A stretch of 64,000 nt of DNA, taken from positions 124,001-188,000 of the forward strand of contig NGBS01001163.1 of assembly GCA_002245135.1 (NCBI GenBank), read 5' to 3'. Under the pieces are notes generated by a model. That model saw nothing but the letters and a program-made list of their open reading frames with translations, had not been told where the DNA came from and did not search any database. The stretch is from Proteromonas lacertae. Its lineage: Eukaryota. Numbering within the stretch: the first letter of the stretch is position 1; every line of letters starts with the position of its first letter. The position numbers and the translations under genes were made by a program. Below, piece by piece: positions 39,101 to 50,872 of the stretch.

Positions 39101-41823
39101 AGAACATCTCTGATTAGTACTATTTAAACCTTGAGTGAATATTTTATTCAAATTACTTGACTGTTTATATAAATCATTAGTATGTATATCACATATTGTA
39201 GCTATATTTTTTTTATTATTAATATAAAATGAAGCTAACTGTTGAAATTCAGTAATACTATTTTTAATATTTTGGAAATTCTCAACATTTTTAAATATTC
39301 CATAGGTTATAGCATTAGTTGTTTTTTCCAACTATAAATAAATAAATAAATATTATATAAATACATCACTAAGTAAACTACCCATTGCACCACTTTGAAG
39401 TTCAGTAACATTTTTCTATTATTAATTACTGCAACAAAAATATACTAAATTATTATTCAAATCTCTTATTTTGTCACTTAGATTTAAGTCATTTAGTTCT
39501 TTTGTTTTATTCTCTATTTCATCAATTTGATCTAATATTGTATCAATATTCTCTACTAAATCATTACTAAGATCATTCATATCACCAAAATCAGTTAAAC
39601 CTCCCATCAACGCACTAAGATCGATAAAGTCTCTTGATATATCATCAATATATTCCATTGTTTTCTATATAATATTATATACATAATATATCATATATAC
39701 ATTCAATGGTTTAATTAAGTCTTGTACTTTCTTTAATTCTGTGATATTACCTTTTAATTCTGCATAATTATAATTAGTGATGTTATCTACAGAATCTTGC
39801 AATCCCACTAAACTGGTGTTTAATCTTTCAAAGGCAGCTGTATCTAAACCATTACTAATACTTTTCATCTATACAATAATATTATTAATAAAAACAATAT
39901 ATATACAGTTTTAAAAGTTTCTATTACATTATATCCATTCATTGCTTCTTCTATTTGCTTAAGTATATCATCATTTATTGAATTACCATTTAGATTGATC
40001 GCTGTTTCATCCAAATGTGAGCAAAATAATCTATACTGCGATTCTTTTAGATATAAATCATGAACAGCTATTTGTACATTGATTAAATACTCATCTGTTT
40101 GACTCATTTGCTATAATAATAAATAATAATTAAATAATACCCAATTTGTTAAGTTAGCATTATAATAATCTTTAGAACCACTAATCTCTGAAGGTAATGC
40201 AAATAATGTAACATCAAAGAAATTATTCACTCCTTTTATATGATTATCATCATTACATACTACTTCTATTAAAGGATCAATTGCCTGTTGAACACTCTTA
40301 ATTGTATTTTTATCCTCTGATAATTTAGCTGATTGTTCTTTTAATTTCTCAAAATTACCTGAAACTAATGTCAAATCATCTTTAAAATCATCTTTAATTG
40401 CAACTAAAAGTGTAGTAAGTTCATTTATTTTTTCACTTAATGAATCCATTTTTGGTAAATCTCCTAAAGTTGAAGTTACATCTATCATATAAATATATAA
40501 ATGACAAATCATACTTTTCATCGAATACAACAATCCATTAAATGGTTTATTTGGTCCAGCCACTAAATACAATATAATAATAACAATAATAAATACATGC
40601 TAATATTATATCACTAATAGCACTAACACCAACTCCTCCAACTAATGAAGAAACAAGATTAGCAGTAGGATCTTTAATATCACTAACCAATAAAAAAGCA
40701 GCATCAAGAATCTTGGTAACTTTCATTATCAATTTCACTATTTTATTAACTGAGAAACCATTTGCCCAACAGACAATACCAAAACATAATGACATTGTTG
40801 CATATAGTATCAAACACCCTCTGAATAACCATCGCATCTTCTTACTATGACTATACACAATAATAATAATAATAATAATAAATATATATATATACTTTTT
40901 CTTTCTAACATTTGGACAACAGCAACAACATGTTATACAACAAACATTACATCTACGACAACAACTTTGTTTCGGTTTTTTCTTTTCTTTTTCTATTTTG
41001 TTCTTTTTGTCTTTTTCAACTGCTGATGTAAGTGCTGGAGGTGGTTCTTGTTGATTGATTGGATTTCCATTTGGATCAACTGTTAAAGGTAACACACATT
41101 CTTTATCAACGGATTTATCAGATTTACTACTGTGACTTTCAGATTTCTTTTCATTATCTTTACCACCTTTTGATTTATTGTCTTTATCTTTTGATACACG
41201 TTTTAAATTGCCATCATCATCTTCTTCATAACCTATTTTGCTTGTGTTGATCTTACAGCAACATGGACAAAAGCATCTCATACAACTTCCTAAACAACAG
41301 CAGTTACAGTAAAAGAAACACCAACAACAGAAGAACAACATAATTAATAAATGTGCTAAAAGGAATACAACATATAACTATAAAAAATAAACAAAAATGA
41401 CAATTAAAAACATACAAAAATATAATAATATGGTGAAGTTGTTTTAAAATCCCACAAAGCGAATTTTATTCCTTCACCTATTCTACCTTCTGTAAAATCA
41501 TCTTTTAAATCTGTGAAATCATGATGCAATGTAACAGCTAATTTCGCAGGATCATCCTGTTCTGATCCCTAAATGTATATTTGCTATTACTATACAATAT
41601 TTATAATAGGTTCATATTCTGTCAGATCACTTGAAAAAAATCCGGGCCAAATGTAAGTGGTAGATTTCTAATAAAATATAAAATGCACCTATACAGTATA
41701 AGTTCCTTTACAAGTGTCCTCACACTTGATTTTGTTTTCATCGCAATGAACATCTGTGGACATATAAATAGGAGTAATTAAGATAAATATAACAAATAAT
41801 GTAAGATTACAATTGTTTGTCAT
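36149..41823 (-). CDS. Prominin-like multi-pass membrane glycoprotein, copy B (tandem paralogue of 30360-35877); apparent +1 frameshift at ~38507
   Basis: Collinear exon-by-exon similarity with copy A (TDVHCDENKIKCEDTCKGTY; EKTTNAITYGIFKNVENF; ...PIKEESN*). Confidence 0.65.
36449..36630 (+). repeat. (TCT/TCA/TCC)n trinucleotide tract encoding poly-Glu/Asp in copy B
   Basis: Directly visible; encodes EEEEEEEEEDDEEGEEEE...DDDDEDDDDE on the minus strand. Confidence 0.9.
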
Positions 41824-41982
41824 CTTCTACTCTGTTATTTTCGCAAAAACTGAAATATTTGAATTTATTCGTTTTACTTTAGTGAACTTTTCAAATAAAG
41901 CCATTCATGCAACTGAGATAACCAAATAAACAGAGGGGGATATTACATACAATATTATTATAATTACTAAATCAGTAAATCA

Positions 41983-42892
41983 CTAACTATTATCTTGATG
42001 TTCTTTAATTATCTTTCCAGCTGCTATTCCTACAATTCCACATGCTAAATACATACATCCTTTAAATAGATTACTATATTGTTGTACTGTATAATACTCG
42101 ATTAATTCGTCTTCCGGTTGATTTGTAACAATAAAAGGCTATTAAATATCACAATAGATATATTTATACTGTAGTTTTGTGTTTAGGTTTGGATATTACC
42201 AACTCACTTGTATTATTGCTTCCTAAAGTCCTTTTCACTTTTCCATATATTATAGCTGTTTCTCCTGAAGATATTCCACTCAAATATTCAACTTCTTCTG
42301 GCATCTATTACAAAATCATTAAAAAATGATAACTATACCATAATATTTGAGTCATGTTCCTCTTGTTTCATGCTATGAACCATATTTGATAAAAATAAAT
42401 GCTCACAACCTGCTGTCAATACTTTCAACACCACATTATTTCTAATTGAAAGTATTATTGATAATATGAAATACTTTGATATTAATTTGAAGTGATCAGC
42501 AAGTGATGAATAAGCAGCTTCAGATAAATGAGTATTTTCAATGTCTTTATCATAATCTGGAACACTTGACACAATAATACTCTCTAGATAGACACTATTA
42601 TCAAACATCCGCTTTGGATTCCTTGGTTCAGGATGTATTAAAGTAGAATCGGCTTTAATAGTTCCTAATTTTGTTAAATGAACAAAAAAATACCTTTAAC
42701 AATCCCATAAGGTATATCATTTGCGTCATCAAAGAAATTCACATAATCTGCATCTTTGATATTATCATGACACCTCTTATTCACATAACTTTGATAGATA
42801 CAGTGCAATCTAATAAAAATCACATAATCAATATACCCATAAGCAATAGACGTAGAAGATAATGCAAAAAGACCATTTAATAGTAAAACCAT
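41983..42892 (-). CDS. Two-TM protein resembling the GIDE domain of MUL1/SP1-type organellar outer-membrane proteins, without a RING finger; multi-exon
   Basis: N-terminal hydrophobic segment MVLLLNGLFALSSTSIAYG; GISSGETAIIYGKV...LVISKP...PFIVTNQPEDELI; C-terminal TM GCMYLACGIVGIAAG; stop at 41983-41985. Confidence 0.5.
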
Positions 42893-42964
42893 CGAAATAT
42901 GGATAAAAAAAGGATTGAAATCTCAAACTCTTGTCAAGCTTATATTGAATTATTTAAAAATAGA

Positions 42965-43835
42965 ATGTCTGAGATAAGCAGTTCTGCTGAACAGATATTT
43001 CAACAAAATCCAATTGAAGTGATACAAAGCATGGTTGTTACTGCAAAGTATGAATTCTAAAAAAGCTCTATTTTTGTAATTCAACAGACAAAAAGCAAAT
43101 GCTTTGGACGAACAACTTCAAGATTTGGTAGGAACAAGATATCGAGATTTATTGACCACTTCTGATGTCGTTGGAGCGATGAAAAGCAAATCTGAGTGTT
43201 TATTAACCGAAATAAAAGATTTCAAAAATGTATATATATCCAATATGATTGTCTATTTAATTAGACAATGAATGACATATCTGAATATAAACAAGAATGG
43301 AAGTTCTCAGAATCAGTGTCTTCCAAAGAAATCACTTCATTAATCTTTTGGACACCTGAAACTGCATAAATATTATATATATGTTCAATAGATTTGGAAT
43401 TATTTAGATAACAACAATTGCTTAGATGCAGCTATACACTATTTAAAAGCAGAAAAGGCACATATAGCTTCTAGTTCATTATTATTTTTAGATGAGAATA
43501 TTTCTAATTATAATACTCAACAATGGGAATATTGTTTATCATTACCACACGAAATAAAGAATATAACATACCAACTATTACGATCTCATAATCTAACAGT
43601 AAAAGTATATAAAATGATATACAATAGACATTTGTTAATTGTTTCGCAACTTTATTACTAATGACAGGCAATAGTGTAGAAGATATATTAGATATATGTT
43701 GGAAAGAAAGAGAAAATGCAATAAAATCGCTATTCCAAACACAAAATATATCACCAGATGATGTATTATCTCAATTAATCAGTGGTACTTCATCATTATT
43801 ATCACATACATACTACTGTATTATACATCCATTTG

Positions 43836-43867
<32 letters not shown>

Positions 43868-45482
43868 GTCAATATTACACTATTATCTGTATTAATATAT
43901 ATCTGTAAACAATTGAATATAAAGTATGAAAGTGAAACAATTGATGAAATATTACCATTAGTTATGAATATAAGATCAAGCAGCAGTAGCAACAACAACA
44001 ATAATAGAAATATTGTATTACAAACTGATAAATTAATAGAGAAATCGGTTAGTAATTTGACGAAGATATCTAATAAAATTAGTCAGAATATAAGTGATAT
44101 TATTGGTAAGATATCATCATTAAAAGAGTTGGGAGAATTGAGAAGTAAACTAAGTCAAGAAGGAACTAGTATATATAAATCTTTTTTTATTTTTATTGTT
44201 TTCTATAGATGAAGAATCATTATATGAAGTAATGTTAAATGGTCAGAATTATTGGGGAATTTTATTCCAAACACCATTCTTACTAAGTTCTGATTCATTC
44301 TTAAAAGGAACATTCGAAACATTAAAGAGTTCAATTACTAATAAAATTGGAATATTGAAGAAATCAAATAAACAAAAATCATATGCATCTGTATCACAAT
44401 ATATAGAAAATGAAATAACATCATTATTGAAAGATTCTAATTCTTTTATTACGAATAAAGATAGTGTAGAATCAAAAAGTATATTAAGTGATATGGAAAA
44501 GCACTTAGCTGCGTTATTGCAATGGTTTAAAGATGCAATTATTGACTATTTAAACTTTTGTGAAAATAAAGAAGCAAATAGTTATAAATTGTCATGTTTA
44601 ATAACAATTGAATGGTGTTATTCAATTGTTAATAATTCACCAACTATACTATCAATATTAGGAAAAGAGTAATATTTATAAATATATTATATTGTTTTAT
44701 AGTAATGAAATATTTCAAATCTATAATGAATTATTACAACAAACTCTGAACAAATGGACAAGTGTAACATCAATGTTAATCAGTAATTCTTTCAATGAAG
44801 ATATGATCAAATACAATTGGTATGACAATAATAATGATTGGAAATTAACTCACAGTGGATGGACTACTTCACTTATATCAGAAGAGACTGAAAGTGGTGA
44901 GAAAGTAGAAGATTCTTTATCTACACCATTATATCCATCTTTACCAGTTCATACATTAATATCTAATACCATTAGTACAATATATGAATGTGTATTATTA
45001 TATATTATATATTATATATTATATATAGACTGTATCACAATTGTATAGCAATTTAATTGATTCTATTAAAGTGACTTTATCAAATTCTATAAAACCAACT
45101 TATGAGTATAAAAATATGATTTAATGTTTTTAGAGAGATGAATAAACAAGATATTATCTCAGATTCTGCACTCTATCAAATAGCATATGATTTATCATTC
45201 TTAGAATTAACATTAGATCCGACTCCATCTGTTTTACATACATTATATATACAATTCGTCCAAAAGATTGATCCGATCGATTGGGCTTTATATCAACCTA
45301 CTTTTAAGAAGAATATAATGAGTTACCTTGCTTCTACGAGATTATTGTTTGGTTTATTAGCTGATGAACATGATATTGATACAAATGTTACTATTCCATT
45401 TCAACAAGAACATTGTAGCATTATACCAACCAGTAAGCAAATTCCGCGTTTACAATTATTACCTCTTGCTTTACCTAAATAA
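42965..45482 (+). CDS. COG1: Conserved oligomeric Golgi complex subunit 1 (Vps51/COG1 family); multi-exon
   Basis: N-terminal LQDLVGTRYRDLLTTSD...AM and C-terminal IDPIDWALYQP...TRLLFGLL...IPRLQLLPL. Confidence 0.82.
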
Positions 45483-45589
45483 TTGATATATATATATATA
45501 TAACCTAATAGACCTTCTTTTTATTCTTTTTTATTTTTTGACTATGAAAGGACTATTTCTTTTTGAATTGTGTTTTTTTAGCTTTTGAA

Positions 45590-47169
45590 ATGAAGAATTT
45601 AGCAGTTCTTTGCTTACTCTTTGCTGCTTCTTATGCTGCTTTGAGACCAAACATTCTATTCTTATTAGTATTACCATTATTTTACTTTTTAGACCGATGA
45701 TATGGGTTATGGTGAAATTGGTGTATACCCATCCGGATCAATTCATGGTAAATTACCTACTCCAAATATAGATAAGTATTAATAACCTATTCATTTTAGA
45801 CTCGCTCATGAAGGAATGATGTTTACTGATGCTTATGCTGGAGAGCCAGTTTGTGCTCCATCACGTTGTAGTTTAATGACTGGTCGTCATACTGGTCATA
45901 CAATCGTCAGAGGTAATTATTTTACCAATAATAGTGATTTACCTCTTCGTGAAAATGATTTCACCATTGCAGAATTATTAAAGGTATATTTACTAATTGA
46001 GGAATATAAATATAATCATATTTTTAATAGACTGCCAATTATTCAACTGGATTATTTGGTAAATGGGGTTTAGGTGCAAGTCACACAACCGGAGCACCAT
46101 GGAAGAAGGGTTGGGATTATTTCTATGGAGAATTAGATCAAGCTCAAGCCCACAACATGTATCCAACCAAAATCTGGGATATGGACAAACACTTGGACAT
46201 TCCTGAGAACATAAACGCCACACGTGAAAGATGTATGATGAAAAATACAACCTGCAAATGGGTACATGATTTATTCACAGATAGTGCCTTTAAATGGATA
46301 GAACAAAGAAAAGGTGAGAAGAATCCTTGGTTTGCATTTATGTCCTGGACTGATCCACATGCTGGTGGCTATAAAGGAGTTGTTGAAACAGGAAATCCAG
46401 TACCAAGTAATGATGATTTTAAAGATGAACAATGGCCAGATGTTGAGAAAGATCATGCTGCTGCAATTTCTACATTTGAAGATAGAGATGTTGGAAAATT
46501 TGTTGAGATGTTGAAGAAGTGGGATATGTATAATAACACGTTGATAATATTTGCAAGTGATAATGGTCCTCATGCTGAAGGTGGTCATTCTTATAAAGTA
46601 TATATATATATTATTATTATTATATATTTAATACTAATAGTTTTTTAATTCTTCTGGACCATTAAAAGGATTTAAAAGAAGTTTATATGAAGGTGGAATG
46701 AGAACTCCTTATATTTTCGTATATATATATATATAATTTTTATTATTATTAATAGCATTGGGATGGTCATATTAAACCAGGTCAAGTAAGTAGATTCCCT
46801 ACTGCTTTTTGGGATATAATGCCTACACTTGCTGATTTGTCAGGTGCTAAATTAGATGGTAAAGAAATAGATGGTGTTTCTATTTTACCAACTTTATTGA
46901 AGAATGGAGAACAGAAGGATCATGATTATTTGTATTGGGAATTTTGTACTAATGAGAAATGGGGACATGCTGTAAGAATTGGTAATTACAAAGCTGTTAG
47001 TTTTGCAAAGGATGAAAATTATGAATTGTATGATTTAGATACTGATGTTGGTGAAACTCATAATATTGCTGATCAACATCCTGATATTATAGAAAAAGCA
47101 AAGAAATATGCTTCAGAAGCTCACGAAGATAACCCATATTTCCCCATCAATAATTGTGTAAGTTCATAA
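45590..47169 (+). CDS. Secreted formylglycine-dependent (family S1) arylsulfatase-like enzyme; multi-exon
   Basis: Signal peptide MKNLAVLCLLFAASYA; RPNILFLL|TDDMGYGE; TPNID; CAPSRCSLMTGRHTGH; GKWGLG; SDNGPH; LKGFKRSLYEGGMRTP; ELYDLDTDVGETHNIA. Confidence 0.93.
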
Positions 47170-47268
47170 ATGCACTTAATATAATATGATCTTATCTTCA
47201 TTTCTTTGTTAAAAAAGAAATGATAAAATCGTAAAGTTTATGTATACAAATTTAATGTAAATTTCAGT

Positions 47269-47341
47269 GCTGTGATAGCTCAGTTGGGAGAGCGTTAGAC
47301 TGAAGATCTAAAGGTCGCTGGTTCAATCCCGGCTCATAGCG
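47269..47341 (+). tRNA. trnF: tRNA-Phe (GAA), intronless
   Basis: Acceptor stem GCTGTGA/TCATAGC, D-arm GCTC-AGTTGGGA-GAGC, anticodon arm TTAGA-CTGAAGA-TCTAA, T-arm GCTGG-TTCAATC-CCGGC, followed by oligo-T. Confidence 0.97.
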
Positions 47342-47664
47342 TTAATTTTTATTTTTTTACAAACTAATAAAAGAACCGCCTATTTTACCTTTATAAATAC
47401 CGCAAATGTACAATTAAACATACAGTATGGAAAAAATATTACTCAATAAAAAAGAATTTAGTTCAATTTAAAATATTATATTCCTATTTCCTTTAGGTGT
47501 ATGGCCAGTGAAATTAAATATTAATTATATATTGAATATCACTATATAAACATATTATAATATCTTACTTTTTCATGTACATACTTTTATTCTTTTTTTT
47601 ATGATTTATTATAAATTCCAACAAACAACTACCATAAAATATATATTATATTATCATTATATTA

Positions 47665-49571
47665 TTATAATAAACTAACAATTCTTCCTTTTATCTCCTC
47701 AAAATTACTAATATTATTATCATATATTTCTAATTTCTTTAATCTTTTACAAACTGTTAATTGCTCTATCAATTTCTCTATACTCTTTTCTGTAACTTTA
47801 TTATCTAATATTTATAAACATAATCACTGATAAGTATATATATATATATATATACTGTTTATATTTAAACTTCGAAGTGTAGTAATACAACTAATTCTAT
47901 CAACAAAACATAAGAATCCATCATCACTTATCGAATTTCCTATTCATTATAAAATAAATAAAAAAATAGATAATTACTTGACAAATTCAGACTTTCTAGT
48001 TGTGTTAAATATTCCATTTCTTCAGTAAATATTTTAAATGAATTATCAGTTATTCTGTTGTTAGATACTTCAATATTTACAAGTTGCGGAATATCACAAA
48101 ACGTTTTACTTAGTCTTATTAAATCATAATCTCCCAGTTTCGCATCTAGTTATATTTATATTAACAACAATAATAAAAAATACTATTTAGAATAATTTCA
48201 GTAAGATTAGAAAATTTTGCAAAAAAATATAACACAATGAAATCTAAAGTTGTTCTATTACTGGATATATTTATTGATTTTATATTTTTATTATCTTGTA
48301 TTACACCACAGATTTTGGACAAACCAATATTTGATATATTACTTCCTATTCACATATAATATATATATATATATTTATATATATAATACCACTAATATTA
48401 ATGGCTGTAATAAACTGCAATGGTGTTATTCTTTCACTTAAATAAGTCATCTCTTCGTCAGTAAGATTCTCTATAGAATAATAATAAAATATATACTTCC
48501 AGACATATCAACTATTGTATCCATTTCTGGATTTAATGTGTTAATATAACTATCAATCATTTTCATATTATCACTCAAGTTATTATTATTATTTGCTTCT
48601 TTCACTTTTACTTCATTCACTTTCATTTCTTCAGTCTTGTTTATTTCCTTTTTATTTTCTATTTCAACAGTTTGTTGGATTGGTGGATAAGTCTTTTCAG
48701 TTTTCTCTATATTTTCATTTCTTCCATATACATTATCTTCCATTACTTTAAATTCAAATCCTTCAGGTATTTTTATAAACTCATTAACCATTATTTCTTT
48801 CATAAAACCATCAATATTCATCCTCTCTTTTGGATCATATATAAACACTTTCTTTAAGAACTTACCCATTGATTCAAACACTGTTACTCCTTGAAATATT
48901 GAATCTATACTAAAATACATATTTCTATTTTTCCCATCACTTTTTAATAAGTGTTTTCTTTGTATTACAAAATGAATTATCATTCCCAAACTCCATATAT
49001 CTGATTTGTCAGTTATTTCTTTGTTTAATAAATTTTCTGGACTTAGATAACTGTAATTATCATGACAATTAGGAATGCCCGCTCTATATGAATTATATAT
49101 TATATTTTGACAGTAATCGGTAATGTAACATTTTGAGAAATTTTCACATATTAATATATTTGAAGGTTTTAAATTACCATGTACAAAACCATTCTGGTGA
49201 AGATAAGCAACTGCCACAACTACATCTCTAATTACCATTAATTGCGCTTTTGTAGTATACTTTATAGTATTCGCAAAATCAATCAAATTCATTTTTATAT
49301 GAGGCATTATTACTAATAAACGGTTGTTGACTTCAATAATTGAGTTATATTTTAAAATATATGGATGACTTATGTTTGCTACCTTCTCAATCTCTTTCTG
49401 AAAAATTTTTCTATCGTTTAACCTTCTTCCTATACTATTATACTTCTTCATTATTTCATCTTGAGTTGAATCGGCTTTCTTTACCTTAAATGTATCATAT
49501 AGTTTACTGCTACAAATATTTTTCACAATAACATAATTTGGAGGCAATTCAATACTTTCTTCACATCCCAT
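47665..49571 (-). CDS. Protein kinase-fold (probable pseudokinase) with C-terminal LRR exons
   Basis: MGC start; HPYILKY, VAYLHQNGFVHGNLKPSNIL, ITDYC, YLSPE, KSDIWSLG. Downstream short exons encode LRR-like units (LVNIEVSNNRITDNS, LKKLEIYDNNI). The 3' exon structure is approximate. Confidence 0.78.
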
Positions 49572-49614
49572 TAACAAAAAACGAAAAATAGAATAGAACA
49601 AAACGGCTATAATT

Positions 49615-50324
49615 TTAACTACTAAATTTCTTCACATATTCAAGATAGATATTTCTCATTTCTTTCGTTCCAGGTATAAAATGACCACCTTCATGTTCTT
49701 TTACTTCTTTGTTCTTGTAATAAGTAGGTAATTCTTTCAAATCTTCTATAGATAACACTTTATCAGTTAAACCATAACAGATAAATGATGGTGTTTCAAT
49801 CTCTTTTTTTATCATCTTCTATAAATAGTTTAACAATTAAGATTTTACTTTTATTTCTTCATTCTTTAGAGAAATACCACTAAATAACATAGAAAACTTA
49901 AATTTAATATCGGAATATTCGGCATCTATACAATTGTTTATATATATACATACACTTATCTGATTCCATTATTGAATTCATTAAAGTGATTATCATACTT
50001 CCTTGAGAAAATCCTAATACTCCATCAAATGGTCCATGATCTTTGAAATAATTGTTCACATAAGATAACGTATTTAATATATCAGAATATTGATTTTCTG
50101 GTTCTAAACGATACCATGCTTTTTGACATTCATGATGACCTTCACTATCATCAAAAGCAGCATTAATTACGATCGGCCCATCCAAATATTCTAAGAAAAG
50201 TAAATCTCTTTATAATCTTACCAAATTCTACATATTTCTTTAAATATCGATGTATTGAAGCCAATCTAATTTTAAAAGCAGAAGCATTTTGTAAATAACC
50301 ATGAAAACAAAGAATTTTTAGCAT
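49615..50324 (-). CDS. FSH1/OVCA2-family serine hydrolase; multi-exon
   Basis: MLKILCFHGYLQNASAF; GPFDGVLGFSQG nucleophile elbow; YGLTDKV; HEGGHFIP. Confidence 0.92.
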
Positions 50325-50872
50325 TTTTAGAATAAAAGCTTGAATTCTAGTTTGAAACAATTTTTAGAATTATTTATTAAAATAAAGCAGTATAATAGTT
50401 TATGTTATTTTTATATAGTTGGAGAAACTATAAATATAAGATATAGATGTTTGTGTATATGTAATATTATTCTCTTTTAATGATAAGAAATTATAACACA
50501 CGTTAGGTTATGCTAATTTTGTATTTAACTTGCCTAGAATAATTTTCATGAAATTAATTATACACTCAACCCATTATAACCATTTATAACTTGATAGTGT
50601 AGTTGAATGAGAAAATTATTTAATATAAGTTCAGCATTACACTTCAATAAAATAACTGGTAGAGTTTCAATAAGAAAACATATTTATGAATGAAATCTAA
50701 ACACATACATACACACTAAGGAATTACAATAACAATATCACACTTCCAATTATTCTGATATGTTTATAATCACTCAAATATGATCATTTCAATATAACCA
50801 ATAAAATTTCTTTCAGAAAACCGAAGATCTAAAACCGATCTTGATAGTTTTAAAATTTTTGAAAAATTACAG

